A stretch of DNA of 64,000 nt, from assembly GCF_016432865.1 (NCBI RefSeq), contig NC_067398.1:117304001-117368000 (forward strand). The letters run 5' to 3'. This document shows, piece by piece, positions 43,007 to 59,460 of the stretch. The position numbers and the translations under genes were made by a program. Positions within the stretch are counted from its first letter, which is position 1; every line of letters begins with the position of its first letter. The notes below the pieces were generated by a model. The model saw nothing but the letters and a program-made list of their open reading frames with translations, ran no database searches and was not told where the DNA came from. This DNA is from Antechinus flavipes. Taxonomy: Eukaryota.

Positions 43007-44449
43007 ATTAGCGGCATCTACCACCAACCTCTTCTTGGAGCCTGGGTGACTTTTGGGGCCATCTCCTTCCCGCACCAAATGGCTGCTTTTGCCTCCTTCA
43101 TCTCAGCCAAGCCTCCCCCCCTCAGTTCACACTTCAGCTTTAGCTCACACCCCCCTCCTGCTTCAAAGCCTGTGGAGGTAGGCTGGGGGGGAGACCAGCT
43201 GCTCCAGCTTCCCCTTCCTGGGCTCTCACCTGGGTGTGAATGGAGGGTGGGGGCTGGGCCAGCAGGAGACCGGCCCTCACCAAAAGGACAGGTCAGGGGC
43301 CATCACCAGGAACTTTCAAGGGCAGCCCAGCTAAGGGAGTTCCAAGGCCTCTAGGCCCTCCACCCCAGGCTCTTTACCCTTACCACACCGCTGGCTGACC
43401 AATTTACATTTACATACCTTACCTCCATGTGGGGAAAGTCTCCCAGGGATGTAGAGCAGACTGTCTTCACCCCCACCGCCAAATGTACAGTAATTACTAT
43501 TCTTGCCAAACACCTTTGGGCTCCAGGCTTTTTTATTTCCTCTAAAATAAAACTTTTGAGTCATCGTGTGATGTTATACAAATCTGTTAGATTGGGGGCA
43601 GTTGGCTTCCTGCCCTAAGGTGATTTCAAAGCCCTCTTCTTTCACAAAGCTCTCCCATTTCCAAGAGGGATTCTAATCCAAGGAAGAGTCCTATCTTTGT
43701 ATCCTTAAAATCCTATCAATCAGCCCAGTTTCTAGGTAGTAAGAGGTACTCAGGATCCCTGGTCCTAAACAGGAATAATGGAGAAATTAGCTGGGAAGCA
43801 GAAGGGCCTCCCTGATGCTCTCTAACTGCAACCAGAATTGTCTGGTAGGACAGAAAAACTTGCTCTCGGATCTCACTATTAGTTACCACTGCTAGAGCTA
43901 TTGACTCATCTCCCAAAGGGTGCAGTAGTAATTACTCTAGCACCTTCCTTCATAGTGCTGTAGAGGGAAGAGTGCTCTGTGTAGAAATGTGCATTAGGAT
44001 CATAGTTTTGTAGTATAGGATAACTGTTCCCACTGAGCCAGATGGAGGTAAGAACAAAAGGTCATTTTCTTTCTTTTATTAGAATTTTTTTTCATTTTTC
44101 CCCAAAGTTTTTATCTAAAAACAAACAAACAAAAAAGAGAAAACCAGAAAAAATCGCCAGAAACTTCAAAACAAAGAATCTGGGGGAGGAGGAAATTGGA
44201 TCAAAGCTTGTCCTCCTTGCCCCCTGACCTCTGCCTAGGACAGAACACAGGATGGGAGAGGCTTCTCTGCTCTCCCAGTGTCCTCTGAGATCCTAGAGAG
44301 GAGAAGGGGAAATCCCCCCCCAACCCTGGGAGACCCTGTCCTGCAGATGGTGGCAACAGGAACAGCAGAGGACAGAGTCACAGTGGTCCAAAGGATGTTG
44401 AGGCTGGGGAGAGGAGTAAAGGATAGGGGTAAGAGGGGCTTGGGTGGGG

Positions 44450-47400
44450 TCACAGGAAGTAGTCAGCCACTGGCTTCTTGGAAGGGATGCCCCGGGTTTC
44501 CTGGGGTGCAGCTTCAAAGATGATGAAATCTTTCTGGAGGTGCTCATCCAGCTCCAAGATGGCTGCCACATTTCCGCAGCTATTCAAAGAGAAAAGTCAA
44601 TCATCTAAGGTACAGGACACAGAAAATTTTCCTCAGGGCTCCTCTGCCAACTCCCACCAACTTCTAAGGAGATAAGCCTTCTCTCTTTCCAAATTGACCT
44701 AAGGGTACCAAGGCTTCTCTCCCTCTGAAGCCGTCTCCTCCCACCCCACTCACCGATAGCAGTAGTTGGGTGCTGACCACACCGTGAGCACAGTTTCATT
44801 GAAGTGCCACTTGTAGCCTTCCATCACCAGCTGGTGAGCCCGGCATATCATGTCAATGTCATTGGCCGCATTGAACTGGGCCACCACATCACTGCCAAAC
44901 AGGTAGCCAGCTCCTCGGGGACTAACACCCCAGCCCGTCGTGTCTGTAGGGAATGGAGAGAAGACTTAATGGGGCTTCCCTCTTCTAATTCAACAAACCC
45001 AGCTTTGTCAACGCTTGACACCTACTTCCTTACACTAAATTGGAATGCTGAAAAATCTGGGAAAGGTGGAAAGAACCAAGGATGATGTTCAACTACAATG
45101 TAGTACTGGGGGAAAACTTCAACATCTTTAGATCAAAAAGAAAGTTTAAATTTCAACTTTAACATTTACTAGCTGTGTGGTCATGGACAATTAACTTAAT
45201 CCAAGGCTCAGATTCTTCATTGGTCAAACTGGCAGGGCCTGCCTCACAGGGCTGTTTTAGCAATGATAAAATGAATGTCATGCGCTTTGAAAATCTACAA
45301 GGATTAAATGTCACACCATGATGGTGGTCTTCAAATATCTGAGGGATTAGATTACAATGTGGAAATGTGATCCTACTTTTTTTATAACTTTAGAGAATAG
45401 AAATACAATTTTTAAAAAAGGTATAAAATTACCGGGAGCCAGATTTTGTTTCAATAAGAATGATCATCTTAACCATCAGTTGCTCTGTAATGAAAATGGG
45501 CTCACTGGGGAGTTAGTAAGAATCCAATCACTGGGAAAGCAGCAGGATGACATTTATTAGATAGGATTCCTGAACTAGTTTGAAGTGACGGATTTGAAGT
45601 CAGAGGTGTTGATTTGGATAGAGCTCCTTTACCTATTCCTCATTTCTAGGTAAGTTACAATCTCTTTGGCTTTCTTCCTTGTTTGTAAAGAAACTGAAAA
45701 TTAAATTATCTTAAGGCTCTTTTTAAGCACCCCCCTGACCTTTACAGTAATTTTCAATGTTATGATTCAATTCCTAATGTCTTTCCCAAACACCCCATGA
45801 AATGCTTATTCTTGGTCACTGGCCGATTAAAAGGACCCAGCTTCCCCTGGTCAAATGTTTCCTATAATGCTGTTCCCGAGATGAAAGTTCCCACATTTGT
45901 TATCCAAATGAGAAAGTTCCAGATTCATGGTGCCTCATATAGGCAAAGGCTAAGTCACTGGGCTGATTTCCATAGCTAATGCACAATATCCCAACAAATT
46001 AAAAATTCCACTGGCTGCTCCTCTCATGAAGAACATGCTCCAAAACTTAGTTCCGCAAACTGGCCAGGGAATAAAACATTCCAGGAACCAAAAAATTAAA
46101 ATCTTTCTTTTACAATCTATTTTCTATTGCCTTGAATTACCTTTCCCCTCTCCTTCTCCCTGGCCCCACTAGTACTTCCTACCAGTCTTCTAAATAAGAA
46201 TCAAAGTCCCTAACAAAATAACACATGAACATGTGGAGTAATTTGCTCTTTTACCCCATCTCATCTTCCACCCTCAACACCTCACCTTCAGGGTCAGACC
46301 AGAGCAAGTCACACATGGGCCCATCATGAGGCACCTCCTGTTTCCGGTCAATCGTTCGAATCTGGTCCAGGGTTTGGATAGAGGGAGAGAGGCCTCCGTG
46401 CACACAGAAGATCTGAGGAGAATGGGAGGAAAGACTGAGGTTCATTGTTTCCTTTGACTGCCTCCCAGATGACAGATACCTTTCCTGGCCAAAAATTCAA
46501 CCCCCTTCAGCCTCACTGTTCATCTTGATCCTGCAACTGAGATGACCTCCCTTTGCAACATTAGCTCCTTCCTACCTTGCCGTCGATGATGGCGGACAGG
46601 CTGAGGTAGTCAAAGATCTCAGTGCAGTAGCGCCACACAGTCACTGAGCCATACTTTCGCAAACACTCATCATAGAAGCCATAGACCTGTGTGATCTGCC
46701 TGCTCTCGTGGTTCCCCCGAATCAGAGTGATGCGGTCAGGATACCGGACCTGGCAAAGGTAAGGGTGTGGGAGGGATGATGGTCAAAACTGGTAGGTGTA
46801 GGTACATGACAGTCTAGGAAAAACTGGCCATGGAGTTGGAGTAAAGATGCAATTTGGAGAAGTCTCCACAGACAAGGCTATTGGGGAACATCTGGAATAA
46901 AGTCTGAGGTGACTGGGTCTGGGCTGTCTCATGGTTTGGTAGTGCTGTTTGAAATAGTAGAAGGTAAATGTCTAGATTAGGGTCCGAGAGCACGATCAAG
47001 AGTCCTTAGCTTAATCACCTTGAGGGCAAGCAGCAGCAGGAATGTTTCAACGCTGTAGAAGCCTCTGTCCACAAAGTCCCCCATGAAGAGGTAGTTGGTC
47101 TCAGGGACATCGCCACCCACCTGGGGAGGGAGAGGAGGTTTCATTTGTACCACTTAGCTCACCATGCCAAACCCTTTTGAAAACCACATACACATGCTTG
47201 TCCCATATACCTTGTCCAAATTAAAGGCCCACTCCACGTTGAAATGTCCCTAATAATGCCAATGAATATGAATAACACCAAATTCAGAACTGGCCTACAT
47301 CAAATTTCCCCTTTACCTTATATCTTCAAGTAGATTAAAAGCTCTCATTCTTTGATTAAAGAAGTTTTCCAGAAATTTCTTTACGAACCTGCTTTTTGCC

Positions 47401-50400
47401 ACTAAATCGAAGGGTCAGAATAATAGTCCCTTCCCCCAGCTTCATCCCAACACAAACACTCATACTTACTCTGAATAGCTCCTTGAGATCATAGAATTGT
47501 CCATGGATATCTCCACACACCTGGCATAAAAATCACAGAATGTCAGAGCTGGAAGGAATCTGAAAGAACATCTAGTCTAATCCCTCGTTTTACAGATAAG
47601 AATCTGAGACCCAGAGACCTGGAGTAACCTGCACCAAGATTAGGCAGTGATAGGGCTAAAATTCAACCCAGCCAGGAGGCAGCTAAGAAAGAAAGGAAGA
47701 GGCCCTTCCTTATAGCCCCTCTCCCCCAGCACAGCCTAGAGTTCTTGAGCTAGCCCAGGCATAAGCAGGGGCTTATGGGGACAAAGTAGCTCAGCCTCTA
47801 AATTGTGTGTCCTGAGATTTACATCTCTTTCCTGTTAACCACTTGGGTAATGGTACCTTAATAATGGCAGAGAGAGTAAAACAATAACACAAGATTCCTG
47901 AAAGCAAGAGTCTGACTTTAGAGAACTCCAAGCCAGTCTTCCATTAAAGGGAATTCCAATCTGATGTGGGACCAAGCTGGATTCCAAATGTGTTATGCCC
48001 ACATGCACATGTGTAAAATCAGGCCATGGGAACTGCATAGGGCACAGTATTTAGAACTGGAAGGCACCTAACAGGAGATCATCTAGTCCTGGAATTCTTA
48101 ACCTGGAGGTATTGTAGGGTACATGTGTCCATGAATCTTTAAAACATACTGTGATAATCATTGCAATGTAAAACAATTTCCTTTGTAATGTGTGGACTTC
48201 AGAGATTTAAAAATATATTCTGAGGAGTTCAGAGAGCTTCAGCAGACTGCTAAAGGAGTCCAGATCACAAAAAAGGTTAGAGTTCTTGATCTAGACCAAG
48301 CCAGTTAGAACTAGAGTGGTCGCACCTAAGGACTAAGGAGTAGAGTCAGAATTCCAACCCATATTCTCCAAGTCCAGCACTTTCCTATCATGTGTGTGTG
48401 CACACAGATGAAAGAAGGACCAAACTCTTTCTGCAGTGCTATGTACTAGCAAGTCTAACAAGGGATGGGCAGACATGCATAAAACCAGCTCAGATTTAGG
48501 GATCGGGAAGGGGGGGGGGGGGAGACTTTACTCACCGTGACGGGGGAGTCCACCCTCTGTACATTGCTCTCCTCCACCAAGATCTCTCTGAAGACACAAG
48601 GAGATAGTTGTCATAGCCAGACCAATAGCCCCTACCCTACCCTCTATTCAAGACCAGGTCTGACCCTGCCTTACTGGAGATCTGTTCAGTTGATCTAGAA
48701 AAGCTTCAGGAATCACTGAACCAGAAGAGTACTGGCACTCAAATAGGATTCATGAGTGGATCAGGAGACTCTTCTGTTCTCCCTGCCTTCTTTAATCTAT
48801 GTTGTGTCTTGATAGCAATCTTTCCATAAGATATAGTTCTGAGGATATCATTGGCTCCTTGTTCAAAAACCTCCAAAGCCTCAATTCAATTTAATTCAAC
48901 ATTTATTAAGCACCCACTACATTCAAGAGACATTGTGCTTGGTGCAGGGGATAATACAAAGACAAAAACAAAACAGTACTTGCTCTCAGAGCTTACATTC
49001 TACAGAAGAGACAACATACATACAAAGACATAAATACAAAAGATGCAAAATAATACAAAGTAATCAAAAAGGGACAATATTGTAACTGGAGGAAGGAAGA
49101 CAAACAGAAAAAGACCTTGTGCAGAAGATAGCGCCTGAGTTGTACATTGAAGAGGGGGACACCAAGAAGAGAAAGTAAGGATACTTGTGCATCCCCATTG
49201 CCTAAATGGCAAGTATCCATTCCCTCAGCTTGATTTTAAGTGTCCCCATATACAGACTTCATAGAATCACAGAATGTTTAAGACTTCAATCAAAGAGACC
49301 ATCTAAATCCAGATTCCCATTTCAAAGGAGGAAAACTGAGCTTGATAAATGAGAAAGTCACTTGCTAAAAGTCACAAAGAACGTAACAGAGATGAGACTT
49401 TTAGCTAGGTCTTCTTACTTCAAAGTTCAGTCAATGTGTTTTATATATCATGCCTGCTCCCAGATCATCTTCAGCACTATTCTGCATAACATCTTGGCCA
49501 AACTGGGGAACCGGTTCATTTCCCAAAAATGTTTTTGTTTCCCCACCAATCCACTTTGGATCATGCAAGTCCTTCATGCCTTTACTTCTCTAGATTACTT
49601 CTTCCTTCAAAGTCTCAACCTAACGTCCCATTTTCTCTGTTACATCTTCCCAGATCTTTCTAGACCACACCTGTCCATCCTCTGAAACTTTTTATATATC
49701 TCTTGGAATAACATATTCAGCCCTTTATTCCATATAATAATTACACCTCTTTCCATTCTGGATTGTGTGTGCCTTTATGGTATAAACTGCCTTTTTTTTG
49801 GTGAGGGATGAGGGAAAAGAGAAGATAATTCTCACTCTTAGATGAATAAATTTTTAAAGTTTCTCTTGTTTTCTAGGCGCCTAAGATAAAAGAAAAAAAG
49901 GAAGAAGCCTAAAGAAGAGCTACTTTGAGTCTTGGAAAAGCAAGATGGATTCAGGATAGAAGTATAGGATGGATTGATTCTCTCAAAAGTAAAGGCCCAG
50001 TTTTCTCTTAGGATCATAGGAGTCAAATATTATCTCATCTGGTGCTATACCCAAGGTCAGTACAAGTATCAATTGGATCTCAAACTAGTAAAAACATGGT
50101 TCCAATGATAAGAATAGTGCTCCATAAATTCTTAATACTTTTTTTTTTTTTTTTTTTGCTGAGGCATTTGGGGTTAAGTGACTTACCCAGGGTCACATAG
50201 CTAGGAAGTGTTAAGTGTCTGAGATCAGATTTGAACTCAGGTCTTCCTGACTTCAGGGCTGGTGCTCTATCCACTGCACCACCTAGCTGCCCCTGCTCCA
50301 TAAATTCTTTAAGAATAGTAGGGCTCTCATTAGCACTAGTTTACTTCTTTATAAGCAGTTTGTCCACTGGGGACATCAAGACAATCTCTTCCAATTTGGC

Positions 50401-51536
50401 TACCAGATATTTTAGCCAAACATGGAAATTAAATACTCCAAGACCCTGGATCTAACCAAACTTGCCCTGTTTCATAGCAGGTAGGGCCTCTCTTTCTACT
50501 CCAGAGACATCCAGGTCCCATTGTTAAGATAATAGAGTTCATGACAATTGGAGATGACCCTGGATGCACTGGAAGAGCTTGGCCCTAATCCAAATGGCTC
50601 TGGAAAGTGAAGCTGGTGACTTTGCACAACCCTCCCTCACTTAAATCCAACTGACTTGCAGGTCATGGCATCACCTCTCTGAAGTCATGGTCTTCTTCCA
50701 GATTGAAGGACAAAGGACAACAAGAAGTCAGGGCATAAGAGCTTACCCAGCTTGTTTTCAATGTAAGATATGAACTCCAACTCAGTATTCCCTTCTATAT
50801 TCACCTGGGTTCCATAGGCCAACAAAGTTTTGTTGTTGTTTTACCATGTCACTCCTTTCCTTGAAAATTTTCATCTATGCCTATCAAGCCTAAACTACCT
50901 GGCTTTCAAGGTTGCCCATAATCAAGAGGCTCTCTTTACTGTTCCTAGTCCACATTCAATTTCATTCTTGCCACAATGTCGTCCTATTGCTCACATTGTT
51001 CTCCCTCATCTCTTAACTCCTATTCATCCACTTTGAATCTAATTCTAAAGCCCAGCTGAAGTCTCACCTGTTTCCAAGAAGCCCTGGCTGATCCGATCAC
51101 CCTCCCTGATCTTCTCTTTGAACCCCTACAGGAACTTGTGGCCCAGCACAAAATCCAGGACCAACCAGGCTTCACCAGGAGTAAGTAGGGCTGTTTTCAG
51201 TTTGTATGGCTTATTCCTGGCAGTGAGGGGGTCCCTTCCTGAAGGGTGGGACGATTTGATTTATTTCTCCTTTTGAGTTGAGCTTTCAACAGGATTTGCC
51301 TAATGACTTTACCATTTTACAGTTGCCAGGGGCAACCTGGTCAGTTCTCTGTAAGCATGGAGTTTTATCCCCACAAGAGACACCCTCAGACCTAGCTCGG
51401 GGGCTACTGTCTGCCTCGCGAGAGTTCTGGAGGCTCACCTGGCCTTGGCGCACAGAGCCTTGACCTCGCTCTCCTTGATGAGCTCGCAGCGGCGCAGCTG
51501 CTCGATCTGCCGGTCCAGATCACTGATCTCCGCCAT
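44450..51536 (-). CDS. PPP4C: Serine/threonine-protein phosphatase 4 catalytic subunit, 307 aa
   Basis: Exons 51536-51439, 48587-48536, 47520-47470, 47120-47019, 46749-46576, 46412-46286, 44943-44754, 44579-44450 (924 nt). GDIHG, GDFVDRG, RGNHE, SAPNY motifs; ends VADYFL*. Minus-strand AATAAA at 44075-44080; non-coding exon 1 donor at 51801. Confidence 0.98.
48880..49160 (-). mobile_element. L2 3'-end fragment
   Basis: attcaacatttattaagcacccactacattcaagagacattgtgcttggtgcagggg is a typical reversed L2 tail. Confidence 0.65.
50134..50293 (-). mobile_element. WSINE1-type SINE in PPP4C intron
   Basis: Poly-T plus gctgaggcatttggggttaagtgacttacccagggtcac...ccacctagctgcccc. 16-bp TSD TGCTCCATAAATTCTT at 50118-50133 and 50294-50309. 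Confidence 0.88.
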
Positions 51537-52260
51537 GGTCCCCCCGCCTCACGCGGCCCCCCCGGTGCGGGGGGCGGGGGGGGGAGACGCACCCAGGGGG
51601 CCGAGCCCCTCCCTACTCCGCCCTCCCGCCCGCACGGGTGTCTCCTGGAAACAAGGGTGAAGAGACAGAGTCAGCGGATCAGTCACATAATGTGGCCCGC
51701 GCCACCCCGCGCCAGCCACGGGCTCACCAAGCCCGGGACTCCGCATTTTTTCCCCACCCCCTAACCCCTCGTAGGCCCCAGGCCCGGCCCGGTGCCTCAC
51801 TCCGGCCGCCGCTCGGGATCTCCGAGAGGTATGAGGGGGAACCCCAGCACAGCGAAGCTCATAGGCTAGCCAGGAGAGCTAGACGGTGGCCCACGGGTGA
51901 GAGAGGACTACTGAGGGTATTACCGACGCGGCGGCTTCGGGACCCCACTCTCGAGCCGCGGGCTCTGGGCTCCACCTTCGAGCCTCCGTCCGCTCCCGGC
52001 CGCCACCGCTGCTGCTGCTTCCGGCCCCGCCGCGGAAGCCGAAGGTCACTTCCGTCGCACAGCGGAAGTGGCGTCAGAAGTTCGACGCCCCCACCCCTCT
52101 CATCTTCAGAAAAGGAGGGCGGAAAGAAAAAAAAAATCGGGCCAAGGAACCGGATGTTGTACTTGAGGGCGGAAGTAATTCCTGAAGCGCGAGTCTGAAG
52201 AGGGCTTCCTGTGTAAATTATTGCTAGGCCCCGCCCAGAGCTCTAGCGTTCTTCTTCCCC
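51400..52260 (-). promoter_or_regulatory. PPP4C CpG island with clustered ETS/GABP sites
   Basis: CGGAAG 52033-52038, CACTTCCG 52047-52054, CGGAAGTG 52063-52070, ACCGGATGT 52149-52157, CGGAAGT 52170-52176. Confidence 0.75.
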
Positions 52261-55006
52261 TCCCAGAAGTGCTACCGTGGTTCCCTTTCTAAGAAAAAGC
52301 AGATTTTATTATTATCGTTTTAAGTAACAGTACAATTGTGTTATGAGTGATAGTTGGTTGAAAAAAGTAGGGCTCAGAAGGCGGAAATGATGAATCCAAG
52401 GTCATGGCAAATTCGTAGTCAGCCCTGGTTTCAAACGCGAATCCCCGGAGCCCCCGCAGCCTTTCTTGTCTCTCTCGATTTGGCTCCTTCTCGCTGTTTT
52501 CGGTCTGATGGGCCCCATTCATGGATATATCGGTTGAAGCAGTTTAGTTTGAGAGCTTAAGTTGGACTGCAGTATCGATCTTTTTTTTTTTTTATCCAGG
52601 GCCGCCTTAAACCGTTCATCTTTTTCACCCTTCTCCATTTTCCCGTATTTCCATCTTGCCCATCTTTCCAGGATAATCTTGTGTGGAGTTCCCTAAACCT
52701 TTTCCATGAGAAAAGGTTTTTCCTTTTCGTTCAATCATGATCCCATTTGGATTTTTCTTGGCCAAAGATAGTGGTTTTTCCCATTTCTTTCTCTGCTGAT
52801 CTTTCTTGGGGGAGTGAGGCAAACAGGGTTTAGTGACTTGCCCAGGATCACACAGATAGGAAGGAAGCCTCAAGGCCAAATTTGATTTCAGGAATGAGTC
52901 TTCATTCCAGGGCCGGTACCTCTGTGCTTAAGTGCGCCACCTAGCCACCCTATGGCATCCATCATCTTAGCATCTGCCAACTCAATAAACATAATGGCAC
53001 CTAATATTTTACATGTTTCTGTCCTCAAAATGTTAAATCTGGAGGTTGTCCATTTTACAGATTCAGAAAGCTTTAAGCGTTTTGCCTGTGGTCTTGAAAC
53101 TAGTATGAGATATGCAAAACACCTGGTAGTCATTTCTCTCGATTCCTAAGGCCAAAAACTTTTTACTGTTATTCGGCCTCCTACACTAGTAACTTGTCTT
53201 ATCTTTCCCACCCAACTGTAGGCCTTTTGTCCATATTAATCTTGGCTAAAGTGCCCGTACAGGACTTTGAATGAGGAAATAAAGAGAAATCTTGGTTTGG
53301 GAATCTGGAAGCCCAGACTCTTCCTTTAAAGGTAACCAAGACACTTCCTCGCCCTGAGCCTTATGCATAGGGCTGAAGTAGGTAATTTTGTCCATTGAAT
53401 GAGTTGAAATAGGCCTCAGAGAGCATCCAGTCCACTCATGCCTGAAAAGGAATCCATATCAAGTGATCAGCCCCCACTAGACTTTCAAATGCTTTAGGAA
53501 TCCATTACTTTTGGAGACAATCCATTCCCGTAACTTTCAAAATCTGTACCCTGTTAACTTCTATAAGCCATGAAAAAAATATAGTCCAGAATCAGCTAGA
53601 TGGCAGGGTAGATAAGAGCACAGGCCCTCAAGTCAAGCGGACCAGAGTTCAAATGCAGCCTCAGATCATAGGTCTTTGTGTCTTCCTGGGCAAATCATTT
53701 AACCCCAACTGCTTCAAGAAAAATTTTTATGTAGTTCCAATTTTTCTCCTGTATGAAAATCCACTATTTTAGAACTATCATGCCATAATTCTCTAATTCT
53801 CTCCAAATTAAATATGTATAGTTCAGTTGAAGTTTCAATTCCTAGTCTCATCATTTTGGTTACTTTTTATGTGTGACCACTGTATAGGAAATGCTCAGTG
53901 ACTGATTCTGATTAGTGTGTCAAATGCAATAAAAATATAACAAATGTGTGTTAATTACAAATATGTAAAGACTTTCTAAGAAAGTTTTCTTTGGGGCTGA
54001 GCTTTTCTCAGATTCTAGAAGAATGACTAAATAGATTTATTCAGCAATCAGATTATAAGAATTGACTCAGGACTGAATTTAAGTTGGGGCAAATTTACAT
54101 TGAGGTAAAGAAGCTATTTATTTAAAAATTAGAAGGCCCTTGTCTATATAGCATCCCTTAAGGACTGTACATTTTACACGATAATTCTAAATGAAAATTT
54201 GTATAGTAGAACCTAATGATAAAAGGGCTTCCTATGAAGCTTTTTCAATATACTACTATGTATTAAGAGACAGGAGGAATCTTAAGATCCATCCACAATA
54301 TTAAAACCCATAATTATAGGATTACATAAGGACAATGTTTGGGAACAACCCTGACTTTCAAGGGGGTGACAGAATTTTAAGGAATAACTAACCTCTGGGA
54401 CCCATCTTAACATCTATGCCTTAGGCATGCTAAACATCTAAGATAACAATGAGTCCTAAAAGTCCCCAAATGTGATCCACATCAATATTCCCATTGGGAA
54501 TCTTACTCTTGGGGAAGGGGAGAGTTGGTATACATGGACTACATATACATAGATCCTTTGACTCTGAATGACTTTTCCTCTTCTCCAATGATCCACAGCT
54601 AATTTATAGCTTGTATTATAAGCTAGCAAAACACTCATTTCCTATTTATAAAGCTCTCCCAATTCCCCTACATAAGGGGTTAATGATCTCCCCCCCCCCC
54701 CAAGGCAGAGATTAGTTCTACTCGATACAACAAGCCAGTACAAATCTACAGAAAGATTCAATCAATCCATCAAAAGAAAATCATTAAGTTAACCCTCCAT
54801 TCACAGGCATCAGACTCCTTGTTAAATAGTTGTTTATTGGAAAAAGTGGGCTGAGGAGGGGTCACTAGATTCACCAGAGAGCAACAACACCACACAAGTT
54901 AGGAGTGATGGGAGAGGTCAGCACAAAGCTCTGGGATCTCAGCCTCTTCCTGGACTGTGAGGGATGGCCTGGAGTGTTAGGGCATACCCAGATGGAAGGC
55001 CTTGAC

Positions 55007-57536
<2,530 letters not shown>

Positions 57537-58679
57537 GTTTTCCTTGGCTATGTTGGTAGTTTCCTGGGTGGAGATAGTAAAGTATAAGCCAGACTTTTCT
57601 GTAATAATGGCATAATCCTGTTTATTATGTAATTCAAGATCAGATCATTCTCACTACCCAACTTCTCTTTCCCCTGCTCTGTGTATCTCTACTTCCTTAA
57701 TTTTTTTTTTTTTTTTTTGCTTCTCTACCTTTCTAAAACTTAGGGTGGAGATCCAAATCCAGGGTGTGGCTGCTCTAGCAGAAAACAAGGACTGAGAAGT
57801 CTGGGCTACAATGAAAGGAAATTAGTTTGGGACCCTCTGGCATATCCACCATCAGCTCTAGAGTCACCTTATTTAGATGCACACAAGGGCCTGTTAAATA
57901 ATGTCTGCCTCAATCTTCTCATTTAATAAAGCAACAAACTCAAGAGGGGAAAGCAAGCTTAGAACCTCAGATGAAAGTGAAAGAAGTATTTTGGGGGCAG
58001 CAAAGAATAGACCCCCAACCAACTAACAATTTCCAAAACCCAGAGCTAGAATACAGGTTTCCTAATTCCCTAGGCTCCTGTTTCTTTTCTTTATACCACA
58101 TATCCTTTCCTTGCCAACCCCTCAAGGGCATTTCAAGGTCAGGCTGCTCTGTCCAGTAAGCTTAGAGATACTTTCACAAAATGAACATAGTAGATGACTA
58201 GAGGTATTAGGTTGACCCCTGTGAAGGGCAAGAGCCCAGCCTCCATTTTAAAAGACAGCTCTGCCTTCCATCATTCCCAGTCAGCTGACTGCTACAGGAG
58301 CTAAAAGGGGCAGTGAAAAGGGAGGCAGCAGCAAGTCAGACATGTCCTGGGGGGCAGACGTGTCCAGACAGTTTCCCTCTAGATTGCTCCTTTCCATCAT
58401 TCCATCCACAGTTGCAACCTAGGTAGCTCAAGGTCACTCCCGATTAAGAAAAGCTACAGGATGTGATGGAAGGCATTAGTGGAAGGCGATAGCAAACCCC
58501 GATGGTAATTTCCCCTGTAATCGGGTTTCCCTTCTTCTCCAACTCACTCCCTTCATTAAATTTTCCTAAGGTAGTTATTGCCCGGAAACACCAGGACCAG
58601 GCCGAGCCATGCCCACAATTGTACCCCCTTCGCATTCCTCCCTCGTGGCAAGTCGTCCTCTTCCCATCCTCAGCTGCGG

Positions 58680-59460
58680 CTGGGCTCTAGAACCCTCAAG
58701 CCCCCACTCCCCTCCCCCACTCTCTCCCCGGCGGAGGGCAGCTCTCGGGCGCGCCCTCCCCCGCGTGACTCAGCCTTCCGCCCCGGCTGTCGCATTGCGC
58801 ACAAAGCATCAACATTCCAGTTCGGGAATTGTGAAGCGGGATGAGGGGACCAGCGACCTGCCTGTTCCCAGCACCACCTTGTCCCAAAGGGCAGCGCGGG
58901 TCGGGGCACAGGTACGGGTTCGGCCGCAGGGGTTCTATCGGGCGCTCCTCGTAGCCTAAGATCCGAACTCCCTCAGCCCCATCAGCCTCGCTCACCTGGC
59001 CTTCGGAAGCGGGCTGCGGGCCTCGGTGGTGGGCTTACCGGCAGGAAGAAGACTGCTTACGGTCGGGAGCCGAACTTCTGCGCTTTCCGAATCCGAACGT
59101 CGCCTATTGAACTCAGGAGGGGCGGAGCAAAGGCGGAGTCTGACCATTTAAAGAGACCGCGCCTCCTACCCGGGGGTTGGGGGACGGAAGGGGCGGGGAA
59201 AACTGTTTTCGCCCAATCAACGAGCGAGAATGCTAAAGCCAGGGATAGCGAATGACCATACGCAGCAACGCTCCCAGAGCTCCAAAAAAGGGACGGGGGA
59301 GAGATGTTCTGCTTCTGTTCCCGCCCTACCTTCGGACGTGACTGGGACCACGTCCTTTGGGTCGCGCACCACCCCCCCCAAACCCCAGGCAGCTGCTGCT
59401 CCCCCAACCCCCCCCTCGCCGCCCCCATCCCAGCTTAGGACAGCGTGACGCACACATTTT
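58680..59460 (-). promoter_or_regulatory. ALDOA housekeeping-type CpG promoter and leader exon(s)
   Basis: CpG island; TATA-like TTTAAAT ~59146-59152 (-); donor GACC|GTAAGC ~59060; HRE pair at 59334-59355. Confidence 0.7.

Noticed and set aside
51638-52198. 186-aa ORF antisense to PPP4C exon 1
   Set aside because: CpG-island composition; no motif.
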